Notes: generated from the letters alone by a model not told the origin. 63,603 bases of DNA, filler included, from Stramenopiles sp. TOSAG23-2 (GCA_900128395.1; 12 parts of 12 records of this genome joined end to end with filler, not necessarily neighbours in it); one strand, 5' to 3'. Positions 12,285 through 24,648 are shown, counted from the whole stretch's first letter. A program made the numbers and translations.

Positions 12285-13951
12285 TCACCAACCATATCAT
12301 TAATAAATACATATTTCAATAATCCAAATAATAATAACAATATTGTTGAAGATGGTACACCAACATGGAACACATGTTCAGATAATTTGTGTACTGAAAC
12401 ATCATATACCGGTACATGCCAGGAGGCAAACAATAATAATCAAAAAGTGGGAGTAATATGTTCATGCTCTTCAAATACATATAGACCAGCTGAAACAGGT
12501 GTGGATGCTATATGTAAATATTTTACAAAATGCAGTGCAGGCCAATATATATCAATAAAAGGTACACCAACAACTGATCGCAAATGCAAAACATGCTCAA
12601 ATGGAAAATTTAGCACATATAAAAATCAAAATAATTGTATTTCAATGACAAACTGTAGTGCAGGCCAATATATATTAACAAAAGGTACACCAACCACCGA
12701 TCGCAAATGTAAAGCATGTTCACAAAAACAAATGTAAAACAATGTTCATCCCTAACAACATGCAGTGCTGGAAAGTACATCTCCACCAATAGCACATCAA
12801 AATCAAATCAAAAATGTACAAATTGCCCAAATAAAACGTATAGCTTAAATCAAAATCAATACAAGTGCACAAAAGGAAAGGTGTGTCTCCCAGGCAAATA
12901 CATAGCAGTCAACAGCACACCAACAACAGATCGTATTTGTAAAGTATGCACTGAACCGGGCACAGGCACTGATAAAGCAAATAGTTATATATGTAAGGAT
13001 TGTCCAATTGGAAAATATAACGATAACCAAAAATATCCAAAAGGAATGTGTAAGCCATGTGCAGAAGGAAGACATGCATCATTACCGAAGCAAAAAGTGT
13101 GCATACCATGCCCATCTCCGCGAGGTTTTGCACCATGTGGAGGAGATGCAGGAAAAGGGCGTTGTAATAGCAAGACTGGTCAATGTAATTGTAACGACGT
13201 TGGTCATGGGTGGAGTGGCACTACATGTGCAGAATGTGGTAGGCCGAGTTGGTCCAATGAAAATGGACAATGCGATTCATGTATATCTGGGTATGAGAGA
13301 TGTAAAAATGATTGTCGCAAGAATTGTGAAAGTGGTCAATATCGTGGCAAAGATTGCAGCTGTAAAGTGCATACTCCGTTTATCATATTAGGTTACATTG
13401 GTTATGCTGGTGCTACATTATCAGCGTGTGCATTATTATATAAATTATACATTTTTATAACCTTGAAACGTAATGGCAAATTGCGAAAAGATTTAGGGTG
13501 TCTGAAAGGTTTCCTTGCTGTCATTGCATATGGTGGTAAAGGGGACCATATTATCGTTTTAAATGATAATACGATAGAAGAAAATCTTTTAGGTGAAGAA
13601 GAGCGGATTAGTGATGATGACATGTTAGAAATGCCAACAGTACGTGAATCATTCTCAGAAATATTAGATACAGCTGGATTAAGTAAATATAAAACTAAAT
13701 TTGCTAAACATGGTATTCAATCCACTAGTCATTTAGATGATATCATAGAAGAAGATTTAGAAGAGCTTGGTTTAAGTGGATTTCAACGACGACAATTTAA
13801 CAAAGCAGCGACGAACGTGAAGAAGAAAAAGGAGATGCAACAAAACGATGGTAATAATAGTACGGATAATGGTGTTATTGTTGCTAATGACACTAATAAT
13901 AAGGAAGAAAGCAGTAAAAATAATGCCGATGTGAAAAAAGAAAAAAAGTGA
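12285..13951 (+). CDS. Type I membrane protein with TNFR/GCC2-GCC3-like Cys repeats, an EGF-like domain, a TM helix and a cytoplasmic SAM domain; 5' partial; frameshift near 12720
   Basis: Frame is open from 12285; CSAGQYISIKGTPTTDRKCKTC repeats; CNSKTGQCNCN..WSGTTC; TM FIILGYIGYAGATLSACALLY; SAM-like FSEILDTAGLSKYKTKFAKHGI...EEDLEELGL; ORFs 12387-12737 and 12716-13951 carry the same repeat type. Confidence 0.75.
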
Positions 13952-14436
13952 TGAGAAGAAGAAGTTAAAGAAGTAAAATATCATGTGTTTGAAAGAGGAT
14001 GTGAATTGTGAAAAATACCGGCTTTCGGGGGCTTGTACCTTTGTACAGACTTGTACGGTGCCCATAATGCTAAAATCTCCACATTGCAAGAAGTTTGTAA
14101 CTTGTACGAGTATGATTTTTTAACAAGATCTTTTTATTATATATAAATCTTTTTTTAACATTTTCACCAAAATTTTTTAACATTTTCATCAAAAATTTAT
14201 TAATTTTATTTTTAAACAGACTCTCCGGTATTCTTTTTTATAAAATTCTCTTCTCCAGTCATCTTTAATTCGTAACGATGAAGTATTATCTCAACAAATC
14301 TCTCACGACTCACGATCTCACGCACCATTCACACACACTCTCTTATCATATCATACGTTTTTCTTTTATGATTTTATCATATATGATTTTTAAACATGTT
14401 ATATTTACACACACACACCTCTCCATCAATGCGCCC

Positions 14437-16116
14437 TCATTTCGCCATATTATCTAAAATAGTTTGCAACATATGTTTTGCACTACCTTTTAATTTACGT
14501 TTAACTTTTTCACGTTTAATACCAATACCAGTCGATATGTAAAGAGATCCTTCTTCCGATGCGACTGATTTTCCATCCGTACGTTTTTTAAATTTTTTCT
14601 TTTTTTTCATCGGTGTTGTTTGAATACCACCATATGATGTTGCTTTTTTCATCATTTTTTTATTATAATACTCCGGTGTTCGTCCACCTAAATTTGGTGC
14701 ACTTGCTACGGTTGGTAAAGAAACATCACCTGTACCACCTGGTGAATAAAATGTATCAATTTCAGGTGGTAATCCAGTACGTTGCATATGACCTCTTGCT
14801 GGACGACCCAATGCAGTACTGTCTCCAAGGGTTAGTCCACGCCGTATTGAACGTACTGGTGGTTGTATATTTTTCATCGTACTATCACTTGCTTCAAAAA
14901 TTGGTGTTTTTTCCATAAATCTATATTGTGATGTAGTAAACCCTCTTGGTTCAGAGGAACGTGGGATTGGTATGGTCCCTGGACCATTTGTAGTGAAACT
15001 AACTTCTTGACCATCTTCATCTAAATCTGGTATACGTTGCAATCGTCTTGACATTCTTAAACCTTCAAAATGTTTTATTAAACTAGCATATGTTGGTGCA
15101 TGTGATAATGGTGGTTCCATATCTCTTCGAACAATTAATTCTTGTCCATCCATTGCATCACCCCATCGATTTGCAGGATCTTCTAAATAATTGCCATCTT
15201 CAAAATTACCACCTTCTAAGAAATGTCCACTATTATTAATGTTACGTGGATTCATTATTTTATCCATATCGATTGATGATTTACATAATTTCATTGCATA
15301 TGCTTGTACAGCACGTAATGTTTGTTCCAATACTTTATGTTTATCAAATGCATGTGCAATTTCAGCTTCTTTTTTTTCAATTGTTTTTTGTAATTTTGCA
15401 TTTCGTATTTTTAAATCTGCTATTTCATCGTCATCTAATACAAGTCGTTCTTCATACATTTCACTGACATTTCTTGAACAATCTAATGCTTTTTTTAAAA
15501 TTTCACTTTCATGTGTATGACCTTTTGATATACTATCCATCATTTTTAATTGTTTTTCTAATTTTTCTTTTGCTACTTCTAATTTATCAATACGTTGCCG
15601 ATCTAAACTTTTCATATGTATATCTTGTAAACGTGATTCACGTTCACGTTCTAAATTGTTTTTTTCTTTTTTCAATTCACCAGCAAAATGATTCCGATTT
15701 CTTACTTCTTGTTCCAGCTCCGATTTCACGGTACCTAATTTACGCATCAATGCATGTATTTCACTCGTTGCTTTACCATTTTTTTTCTTTTCCTCTTTTA
15801 CTTGCTTTTCCAACCTACGTGTATTTAAACGTACTTTTTTCTTTTCATCCCTAAAGTTTTTCACTTGTTTGGCTAATTCTAAATTGCGTATCTGTAATTC
15901 TTTTGTCTTCGATGTTGTTTCCTCATTTTCTTTTTTCATTATATCATATTCTATGCGAAATTTATTTAATTGTGTTTCAAATGTTTTTAATGTTTTAATT
16001 TCTTCATCTTTTTCTTCAATAACTTTATTTAATTTTGGTATTTTTAATACTTCTACTTGTAATTTTGTAAATTGATCTTTCCATTTTGCTGATACTAATA
16101 TTTTTTTCGGTGCCAT
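14437..16116 (-). CDS. Hypothetical protein: long N-terminal coiled coil and disordered basic C-terminus
   Basis: 559-aa ATG-initiated ORF with heptad-rich E/K composition; no recognisable domain. Confidence 0.7.
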   Translation of the reverse strand: MAPKKILVSAKWKDQFTKLQVEVLKIPKLNKVIEEKDEEIKTLKTFETQLNKFRIEYDIMKKENEETTSKTKELQIRNLELAKQVKNFRDEKKKVRLNTRRLEKQVKEEKKKNGKATSEIHALMRKLGTVKSELEQEVRNRNHFAGELKKEKNNLERERESRLQDIHMKSLDRQRIDKLEVAKEKLEKQLKMMDSISKGHTHESEILKKALDCSRNVSEMYEERLVLDDDEIADLKIRNAKLQKTIEKKEAEIAHAFDKHKVLEQTLRAVQAYAMKLCKSSIDMDKIMNPRNINNSGHFLEGGNFEDGNYLEDPANRWGDAMDGQELIVRRDMEPPLSHAPTYASLIKHFEGLRMSRRLQRIPDLDEDGQEVSFTTNGPGTIPIPRSSEPRGFTTSQYRFMEKTPIFEASDSTMKNIQPPVRSIRRGLTLGDSTALGRPARGHMQRTGLPPEIDTFYSPGGTGDVSLPTVASAPNLGGRTPEYYNKKMMKKATSYGGIQTTPMKKKKKFKKRTDGKSVASEEGSLYISTGIGIKREKVKRKLKGSAKHMLQTILDNMAK

Positions 16117-16588
16117 ATTTTTGTATCTTTTTTTTTTTTATTGGCTTGATGTTATTTACAAGTTATATGATAAGAGAGGAATATATGGGGAAGATGGATT
16201 ATTACTATTATTATTAGGAAGGAATGGACAACGGACCGACGGTATATATTAAAATCACTATATCTCTAATCCAAAAACTGATGATGTACAAAAAATAATT
16301 TATTTTTCCTATTCTTTCTTTCGTTTAACAAACTCACTCTTCAAAATCGAAAATACACAAATAAACAATGATGAATATATTATGAATAGAACAGGAGATA
16401 GATAGTTGTAAATTTTCCTTTCTCACTTTCCTATCTATTACTTTTATATTAAAAAAAAAGCTGTAAAATTCTATGTTTTGTTGGAGCGAAAACATCATCA
16501 TTTCTGAACAACAACGGTAACTGACCGAAGATATTAGCATGGGAATAGCATTATAATAGAGTTGAAGGGCAGCGAGGCATCTCCTATT

Positions 16589-17225
16589 TCTGAGATATTT
16601 TGGTATTCTAATTTCCACTTTAAGTATAGATTAGCGTCATTTGGAATTTGGACCACCTCTGATCTCTGATATTGTTGGTATTCTAATTTCCACTTAAGTA
16701 TAGATTAGCGTCATTTGGAATTTGGACAAGGTCGGTGAAAATTCATCAACTCTGATATTGTTGGTATTCTAATTTCCACTTTAAGTATAGATTAGTGTAT
16801 TTGGATAGGGTCGATGAAACTCTGATATTTTTGGTATTCTAATTTCCACTTTAAGTATAGATTAGTGTACCCGACACAATCGTGTATACTCGCTCTGGTG
16901 ATATAATGCTATGTGTATATTATCTTCGAATACAATGCTATACACATGCTATTTTTAAAAATCAATATGTAAATTCATCAACTCTGATATTTTTGATATT
17001 CTAATTTCCACTTCAAGTACAGATTAGTGTCATTTTGATAGGGTCGATGAAAATTCATCACCTCTGATATTTTTGGTATTCTAATTTCCACTTCAAGTAC
17101 ATATTAGTGTCATTTGGATAGGGTCGGTGAAAATTCATCACCTCATCACCTCATCACTCATCACCTCCGATATTTTGGTAATTTTGATATTCTAATTTCC
17201 ACTTCAAGTACATATTGGCGTCATT
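16589..17225. repeat. Degenerate tandem array, 7 copies of a 70-100 bp unit (core CTCTGATATTTTTGGTATTCTAATTTCCACTTTAAGTATAGATTAG), interrupted at about 16871-16970
   Basis: Cores start near 16589, 16664, 16750, 16820, 16982, 17061 and 17165. Confidence 0.9.
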
Positions 17226-17411
17226 AAGATAGGAGAAATTCCACAATTTCCGTCAAAACTCAAAAATCAAAATCCATAATTGTGTCGTTTGCAAAATAAA
17301 GACAAAATACGAAAGCAAGGCATATGGTTTACAGTAATGCGTGATAGCTTCAAAATGCTCAACATTGCACACCGTTGCATTGTTCGTTATGTTGTACCCT
17401 AACCCTATAAA

Positions 17412-18290
17412 TTAATTTTCTGGACAAAAAAAAATCAGAAAGCTGCCTATAATCTCGGACAGTGGCTCGCAAACAATATCGTACAAACACTCACAACAAT
17501 CACAACTATCACAGCATTCTAAACCTAAACCATCGCCTTCGAAAGCTAACCCTTCACTTAGTGATGACTCTTCCTCCAATCTCTCACCTAAAGACGCTGC
17601 AATCATACTACCTGCACTAAATCCTAATACACGTTTAAGCCATATTGCCTTATACAGCATATATAGACACTGTACCAACATTTTCAACATAAATAAACAA
17701 GACGAAAAGAACGATATGTAACCAAATGCTGTCACAGCACCATCTTGTAACTGTCCAAATTTAATTGCCAATGACGGTATTACCTCAACTGCTAAATCTA
17801 ATGCAATACCAGCAAAATCAGGTTCAATAATAAACCACTGTAAATACGTATTCATATACGCTGGCATTTTCCAAGCCCATAAAAAGGTAAATTCTGTACC
17901 AGCAGAGCAACGAATGCATGGTAAACAAAATCTTTTTTTGCTTACATCATAAGTAAATTTATTAAATATGAAAATCGATATAAGTGTGACACACAATCGA
18001 ATAAATGCCAGTAAAATCACAAACCACACAGCATATACAACTAAACTGTTATACCATTTACCAAATGGGGTAAATGCAATATCATACGAGCTTGTCGAAA
18101 ACATTTTAATATACTGGGATTTATAACCAGAAGTATTACTAGGCAAAATCAGTACTGAGCAATCCGTTTCACTATTGTAATATATATTTTCATCTTTGTT
18201 ATACAACATAGAGTTTAACATAGAGCTTAATTGAACCTTATCTACTTTTTCTCCATCTACTGATGAATGTGCTAATACGTCACAATTTGA
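17412..18290 (-). CDS. Multi-pass membrane protein with Cys-rich tail, function unknown; 5' partial
   Basis: Frame stays open from the contig edge (18290) into ORF 17412-18221; several hydrophobic helices; tail LECCDSCDCCECL. Confidence 0.6.
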   Translation of the reverse strand, partial: SNCDVLAHSSVDGEKVDKVQLSSMLNSMLYNKDENIYYNSETDCSVLILPSNTSGYKSQYIKMFSTSSYDIAFTPFGKWYNSLVVYAVWFVILLAFIRLCVTLISIFIFNKFTYDVSKKRFCLPCIRCSAGTEFTFLWAWKMPAYMNTYLQWFIIEPDFAGIALDLAVEVIPSLAIKFGQLQDGAVTAFGYISFFSSCLFMLKMLVQCLYMLYKAIWLKRVLGFSAGSMIAASLGERLEEESSLSEGLAFEGDGLGLECCDSCDCCECLYDIVCEPLSEIIGSFLIFFCPEN

Positions 18291-19072
18291 GNNNNNNNNN
18301 NNNNNNNNNNNNNNNNNNNNNNNNNNNNNNNNNNNTTAATTAATTAANNNNNNNNNNNNNNNNNNNNNNNNNNNNNNNNNNNNNNNNNNNNGGGAGAAAG
18401 AAAAAGCACGTGAGAAAATGTTGTTAAGGGAGAAGAAGAAGAATAGAAAGAAGAATAGGAAGAAGTAAGATAGTATAGGGTCTGTAGCGTAATATATTTA
18501 ATAAATATATATATGACATCATTATTATTATCAACGGTGCATATCATTAGGCATAGGTTCAGTTGCAACTTCATCATATAACGGGGCGGTCTCTAGAACC
18601 CTAGCGTCCTCCAAAACCTTACAAGGTCCACAACAACATCCACCATGTACCATCTGCCTCGTTGATTTTCGACATATTTTTCCCAAATACAATACAAGGA
18701 TGTTAACTTTTAAACTGTTACCATAAGACTCTTTTTCCTATATATTTTGTACTTGACACTACTGAAACTATTACCTGCTAAAAATACTATCCCCAGAGTA
18801 TAGTATATGAGATTAAGATAGGTAAAATTAATAAAAAATAACCTTAAACTACTAAAAAAAGAAGAAATTATTACCGTAAAAAGCATTTATATATATATAT
18901 ATATTACATTTTTATTTTATATTTTATAAATAAGAAAATATCCAAACATCATAAGTATAATACACATTTCATTATTTCTGTAAATACTACATATCATATT
19001 CCTCAACTCAATCATTCACATCCTACTTCACAAAATAATAATAATAATATATATATATGTATATATATAAAC

Positions 19073-19369
19073 ATGTCACGATGGAAAATGATAAAAGAAA
19101 TTGTATCGGATGGAATTTATATATTGAAAAATCATAGGAAATATTCAGATTTAGAAGTTGCAAAAGCAAAACGATTGAAAGCAGAACAAAATTTAGCAAT
19201 GTTAAAACAGAAAGTTGAAGAAGAAAGATTGGATTTAAAATTTGAAAAAGAAACCGCTATCAACGAATTAAACCATGTAAAACAAATAAAAGAAGATTTA
19301 ATGAAACAAAATCAAGATATGTTAGACGAATTTGATAATCAATTGGATGGTAATAATAATATTAAATAA
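19073..19369 (+). CDS. Small coiled-coil hypothetical protein (98 aa)
   Basis: ATG in AAACATG context, coding-like composition, AT-rich flanks. Confidence 0.55.
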   Translation: MSRWKMIKEIVSDGIYILKNHRKYSDLEVAKAKRLKAEQNLAMLKQKVEEERLDLKFEKETAINELNHVKQIKEDLMKQNQDMLDEFDNQLDGNNNIK

Positions 19370-19898
19370 ATATCATTTGAAAATATTTCTAAAAAGAAGT
19401 GTCTTAAAAATAAATTAATCGACAATATAGCTTTGCTTTAAATGGTTATTTATTTGAAAGAGGTGCATAAAGAAGGAAAAAAAAGGCGCGTGTTCTTTAA
19501 AATAAATATAGAATTTAATGTTTTCTACTATCAAATTTTTTACATGCATGTATGAAACCGAGTTATTATATTGTATATAGTCTTTTGAAGAGTATGCATA
19601 GCGTAAAATTAAAAATTTATCATATCATTATGATTTTTGTTTTACACTTTGCATTTTGGAGAGGAGATTCCTCACACGGTAGTTGTTTATCTACATAATT
19701 ATCAACGTTACGATGAAAAGGTAGTCGAAACGGTGAAAAAGCTCCCCCAGTTGCTGCACAAGTTTGGGAGAGACGGGTGTAGATACGTTTGGGAAGCTAA
19801 ATTTTTCGAAGGTTCCGAAGACGAAATGTCCCCTTTCTTGTTAGCGTTACAAACTTTCTTACTCCCTCCGTTGAACTACTTGACCGATTGCATGTATA

Positions 19899-22800
19899 TC
19901 AACGCCAATGGATTGGACATTCTCCTCCTGTTTGACCCATGTATTTCTTCTTCAATTTATCCATTAGTTTTTTCTCGTGACCTTGATATTTTTGCATAAG
20001 TTGGGGTATAGTATGCAATTTGGATGGATTATATTGTTGATATATTTTTGTAACCTCGGCTTGATAATTTCTCGCATTATTGTTACTTCCCAACCTAAAT
20101 ATATACCCGCCTGTATTTGTTTGACCAAAGCCACTGTTACCACCTGTTCCTCCACCAGTGCCAAATGCGTTACTTGTAGTATTACCAAATCCACCACCTC
20201 CTCCTTGATTTCCAAATCCATTATTAGGAGCAGCATATGGTTGACCAAAACCTCCACCATTACCACCACCACCAAATGCATTAGTTGTATTATTCGTATT
20301 ACTAGTGCCGAATGCATTAGTCGTGCTACTATCAAAACCACAATTTTCTCCTAAACCACCAAATATACTATCTTTCTTGCCATTGCTACCACCAAATGTA
20401 AAACCGGTCGTTGGTGCTTTTGCTTTATCATTTGAAGTATCCTTACCCCCACCAAATGTAAATCTAGTAGTTGAAGCTTTAGGCTTATCATCTGTTGACG
20501 TGCTTGTTGATCCTCCACCAAAAGTAAACTTACCGCCACTTTTTGCTCCTGAGCTAACTTCTCCTTTGTTGTTAGTTTCTTCCTGTTTTTTAAACATTTT
20601 ACCATCCCATTTTTTCCATTCGTTAATATTTTCACCTAAAAAATTGCAATTTGGACACGAGTTATTAACCACAGATTTGCTATTTGATTCTCCATGGTGT
20701 GAGCGTAAATTTTCACAATTTGTATGTAATATAGGACCAAACGAACATTTAGGACATTGGTATTTTACACCTTGCGGCAACGCTTGTGCCAAATTTTCTG
20801 CTGTCATTCCATTGCATTCATAAATACCCTCATGAGCTTCAGCACCACACTTTGTGCATACTTTCCAATTACAAAAAGAACACTTATTTTTGTTTTTGCA
20901 TTTTAAATTTATTGTTGGCTGTCCGTTATTCTTATTCCTACAAGAAGAATTTTGACACCACCACAAGTATGGATTTGCCGTTATTCGTTCACTATTCATT
21001 TTCTTTAATAATCTGTTAAAGCGGTTCATATCGTCAGAATATAAAGATTTGATGGAATTTACATCTAAAATTTGATGTTTCTTGTATTTGCAATGACACA
21101 AGACAGAGCATTGTCCTTTAATATTTGGACATTTCTTTGCAAGTGGACAACGAAAACCTTCAAGTAGTGGCTTACCATGTAAGCTTTTCATTTCTAATTC
21201 AGTTGTAAAATGAATTTTCAAGCATCTTTTACAGCATTTGTCTTGATATGCATCAACATTTGTTAATGTAAATGTTTTGGGAACTCTGGTGTAGCAAAAA
21301 ATGCATTTAAAAGATGTTTTCAACATTGATTCCCAATCCGATATGGTTTTTGTACAATGATTTCGAATTTTTATAATATTATGCCCAGGATAGTATTGAA
21401 TAAATTTGAATATCGCGTTTACCTCATCAGCGGATTGCTCTTTAAACTGTAATATATCACCAATAGTGTTTTTCTCAGCGATCCACGCTTCTTTATTTTC
21501 TACTACATCGTCGAACGAAAACCTATCCAGCCTTCGTATAATATTTACAGCATTTTTTACATTTGATACATTTCTCCATCTGTTAATTACCCGATGATGA
21601 ATGGAATCCTTTACAAGATGTAGTTCATTATCAATAATGGAATTTCCATCCTCTAGCAGTCCTAAATGAATAGCAGCAAAACGTGCAATATCTTCCGCTT
21701 CAAACCACTTCTTATTTACAATTTTATAACCAATAGAATTTGTGCCTTTTAGCAATCCCATATCACACCATATACCGCGGAATATTTCTACGCTTTGCTT
21801 CAAATCTTCTATTCGATGTTCAATTTTGTGTTCAACATGGCGAAGCTCCATTTCTAAAACTTGAAAGCTGAATCTAGAATAATCTTCGATGTCTTTTCTA
21901 TCAATTTTTGGCTTTTCTCCTAATGACATAACTTTATCATTATAACTATTGTATAATGAATTAAACTTTTCTTGCACCTCGTAATATTTACTCCTCCATA
22001 GATTTTCATCAGAACGTAATGTTTTGATATTTGCATCTGACGTATGCATCATTGGACGTCTATTCACATCAATTACTATAGCTTCGCCTAATATGCCCTT
22101 ATATTTTTCCAGTCTACGCTTTAAAGTCTTACATTCGTTTTCTCTCCCTTCGTTTATCAATTTGTTTATGTATTTTAAAAATGAGGAACAATGAACATTT
22201 ATAGTTGGTGTCGTTTCTTTTTCACCAAAACATAAATTATTATTACTTTCCTCCCCATCTTTATTTGTAATATTATCAGGTGATTCAAACCGAAATACTA
22301 AGTCAGATGCAAGGCAATCGCTTCTTTCACCTTCTTCAAGCCCAGCACCTCCACCAAGGGTTAAAGTGTCACTATCGTGTAAACGCTGTTCTTTTACTTT
22401 TGTACCATTGACAAATGTTCCATTCATGCTTCCACAATCAGTTACCCAAAATGAATATTCTTCCGGTTTCTCATCTTCGGATTCTTTACGTCTCCATATA
22501 ACGACATGTACACGTGATAATGTGCAAGGGTATGCTATTGAATCCAATGTAAGGTCAGTGGATTGGCTACGACCAACTGTTGTTCTTTCTTTATCTAACA
22601 GAATGTATTGTGGCAAATCTTTAGATGGATTTTCACCATCTTCTCCAAGTAAAACTAAACGTGCCTGATTTGGTGGCATTCTTAACTTTTTTTTATTTTG
22701 TTGTCCAAATCCACCACGAGTCAATTCACTTTGCGACGGCATTAAGACTAGATTTTTAAAACTTTCTACAAAGCTTGCATTTTCATTATCACCAATCAAG

Positions 22801-23189
22801 GTAACAGTATCATCATCAAAATTTACACTCATTATAACATACAATTTATGTTTACCCCTGTGGTAAACTTGATCACCAATCATAAAACCTCGCATATCTA
22901 TGAAATATTTTAATTGCTTATGGCCTAAAGAACGTTGTAAATTGCGAATTTCCTCTGAAAGATCAAATACATCATTCTTAAATACATCAAATACATCAAT
23001 TTTAAATACATCTAAAGCAAATACAGATTTTATCATTTCATTTATCGACAGTATTTGTTTCCCGTTGCTCTTATTTGTTGGCTGGTGTGCTACTTTGCTA
23101 TTTACCAGGAGGCCCTTTTGCGGTTGCTTTGAATTTCGTGTACCATGCAGCTGTATACGTTCTGAATCTTTGTTGCTTATTATTGTCAT
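19899..23189 (-). CDS. FHA-domain protein with RING-IBR-type (RBR-like) Cys region, FG/GF-rich repeats and a short helical C-terminal motif
   Basis: FHA: TVGRS...LSRVH...DCGSMNGTFVNG; CIFC...CKRC...RCP; IBR-like WCQNSSC...CSFCNWKVCTKCGAEAHEG; CPKCSFGPILHTNC; repeated FTFGG/NAFG/GFG. Confidence 0.8.
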   Translation of the reverse strand: MTIISNKDSERIQLHGTRNSKQPQKGLLVNSKVAHQPTNKSNGKQILSINEMIKSVFALDVFKIDVFDVFKNDVFDLSEEIRNLQRSLGHKQLKYFIDMRGFMIGDQVYHRGKHKLYVIMSVNFDDDTVTLIGDNENASFVESFKNLVLMPSQSELTRGGFGQQNKKKLRMPPNQARLVLLGEDGENPSKDLPQYILLDKERTTVGRSQSTDLTLDSIAYPCTLSRVHVVIWRRKESEDEKPEEYSFWVTDCGSMNGTFVNGTKVKEQRLHDSDTLTLGGGAGLEEGERSDCLASDLVFRFESPDNITNKDGEESNNNLCFGEKETTPTINVHCSSFLKYINKLINEGRENECKTLKRRLEKYKGILGEAIVIDVNRRPMMHTSDANIKTLRSDENLWRSKYYEVQEKFNSLYNSYNDKVMSLGEKPKIDRKDIEDYSRFSFQVLEMELRHVEHKIEHRIEDLKQSVEIFRGIWCDMGLLKGTNSIGYKIVNKKWFEAEDIARFAAIHLGLLEDGNSIIDNELHLVKDSIHHRVINRWRNVSNVKNAVNIIRRLDRFSFDDVVENKEAWIAEKNTIGDILQFKEQSADEVNAIFKFIQYYPGHNIIKIRNHCTKTISDWESMLKTSFKCIFCYTRVPKTFTLTNVDAYQDKCCKRCLKIHFTTELEMKSLHGKPLLEGFRCPLAKKCPNIKGQCSVLCHCKYKKHQILDVNSIKSLYSDDMNRFNRLLKKMNSERITANPYLWWCQNSSCRNKNNGQPTINLKCKNKNKCSFCNWKVCTKCGAEAHEGIYECNGMTAENLAQALPQGVKYQCPKCSFGPILHTNCENLRSHHGESNSKSVVNNSCPNCNFLGENINEWKKWDGKMFKKQEETNNKGEVSSGAKSGGKFTFGGGSTSTSTDDKPKASTTRFTFGGGKDTSNDKAKAPTTGFTFGGSNGKKDSIFGGLGENCGFDSSTTNAFGTSNTNNTTNAFGGGGNGGGFGQPYAAPNNGFGNQGGGGGFGNTTSNAFGTGGGTGGNSGFGQTNTGGYIFRLGSNNNARNYQAEVTKIYQQYNPSKLHTIPQLMQKYQGHEKKLMDKLKKKYMGQTGGECPIHWR

Positions 23190-24648
23190 TTTTCTATTTG
23201 AAATTATACTTTTTTTTCTCTTCTCCTCTGATTATCAATGTTCGAAGTGTCTTTTTTTTGGGGGGGGGGGGATTCAATTATATATATAATATGTTATAAT
23301 AAATATAATCTGTTGTAGTTCTGTAAAATAATTTATTTTATTCTCGTGGTTTTTGGTTTTTCTAATAATAATATTAATGTCTATATTCTATATAATTACA
23401 AAATATCTATATATAATTTATTATATATTTTTTGTTGAGATTAACAGGTCAATACTAATACACAGTGACGCCACATCATTTTATTTAAGATATTTTTTAC
23501 GCACAAAATTTCAAAAGTTGCAAAAGTGTTGGTCGAGAAATTTTCTTGATGATTTTGGTTTATTATCCTACAAAACTGTGCAAACCGTGCAAAAACTGTA
23601 CACTTAACAACTATTCACTATGGGGAAAATATTCATCATTTTTTCTATATTTTCGGATATTTTGCTATTTTTTACAAATATATGAAAAATAAAATTGGCA
23701 TTTTAAAAAACAATAAATACATATTTCCCATAGTGAATAGTTTTAATTTGTTAAGTTTTGACACGGTTTAGAGGTTAGAGGGTAGCACTACTGCGTATGG
23801 CCATAGTATAGCTACTGTATTAGCATATTATATTATTTAGTATACATATAAGTCTAATAAGTACGAATTACGAACGAAGAAAAATGATGTATGATGTATG
23901 ATGCATTTTTATTATAATCATCAAGTTAAAAAAGTTGCCAAATAGTACTAGTTTTTTTAAAAAAGATAAATATAAATATAGATAGATAGATACATTTTCA
24001 TATATATATATAATATACGAAGCGTGTTCGTATATATTTAATAAACCTAGTATATATTTATTTATATGCGCAAACAAACAACATTCTTTTTAACCACACG
24101 TCCTTTTCATGCGATGGCAAAAAATCCATCGTACGAGTATAATGATATAAGACCATTGCTTCATTGTGTGGGTTTTGCACATCCATACAAAAATAAATAA
24201 TAATAATAATAATTGAATCCAAATTGAAATAAAACATATAATAAAACTCTTGCGTTCCTTTTCATCTCACAGACATATAATAACAACGAAAATTTTCAAA
24301 ACATTCATACACATACATGTACAAATTTATATATATATATATACACATTTCTCACGTTGGTATACCTAAAAAATCATATAACAATGGACTTTTAGTNNNN
24401 NNNNNNNNNNNNNNNNNNNNNNNNNNNNNNNNNNNNNNNNTTAATTAATTAANNNNNNNNNNNNNNNNNNNNNNNNNNNNNNNNNNNNNNNNNNNNTATA
24501 TATTCATATTTGATGTTTTATAGCGATTGCAGATATCACATTCAAACTATTGGAAAAAGAAATCACTACCAACAGCATATTGGACGTGAAATCGAATTAT
24601 ACATATACAACAAAGAAATATTACAATATTTAACCATTTTTGATCATC

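Noticed and set aside
16589..17225. CRISPR-like repeat-spacer array
   Set aside because: The 'spacers' are related to each other, the repeats are long and degenerate, there are no cas genes, and the host is eukaryotic
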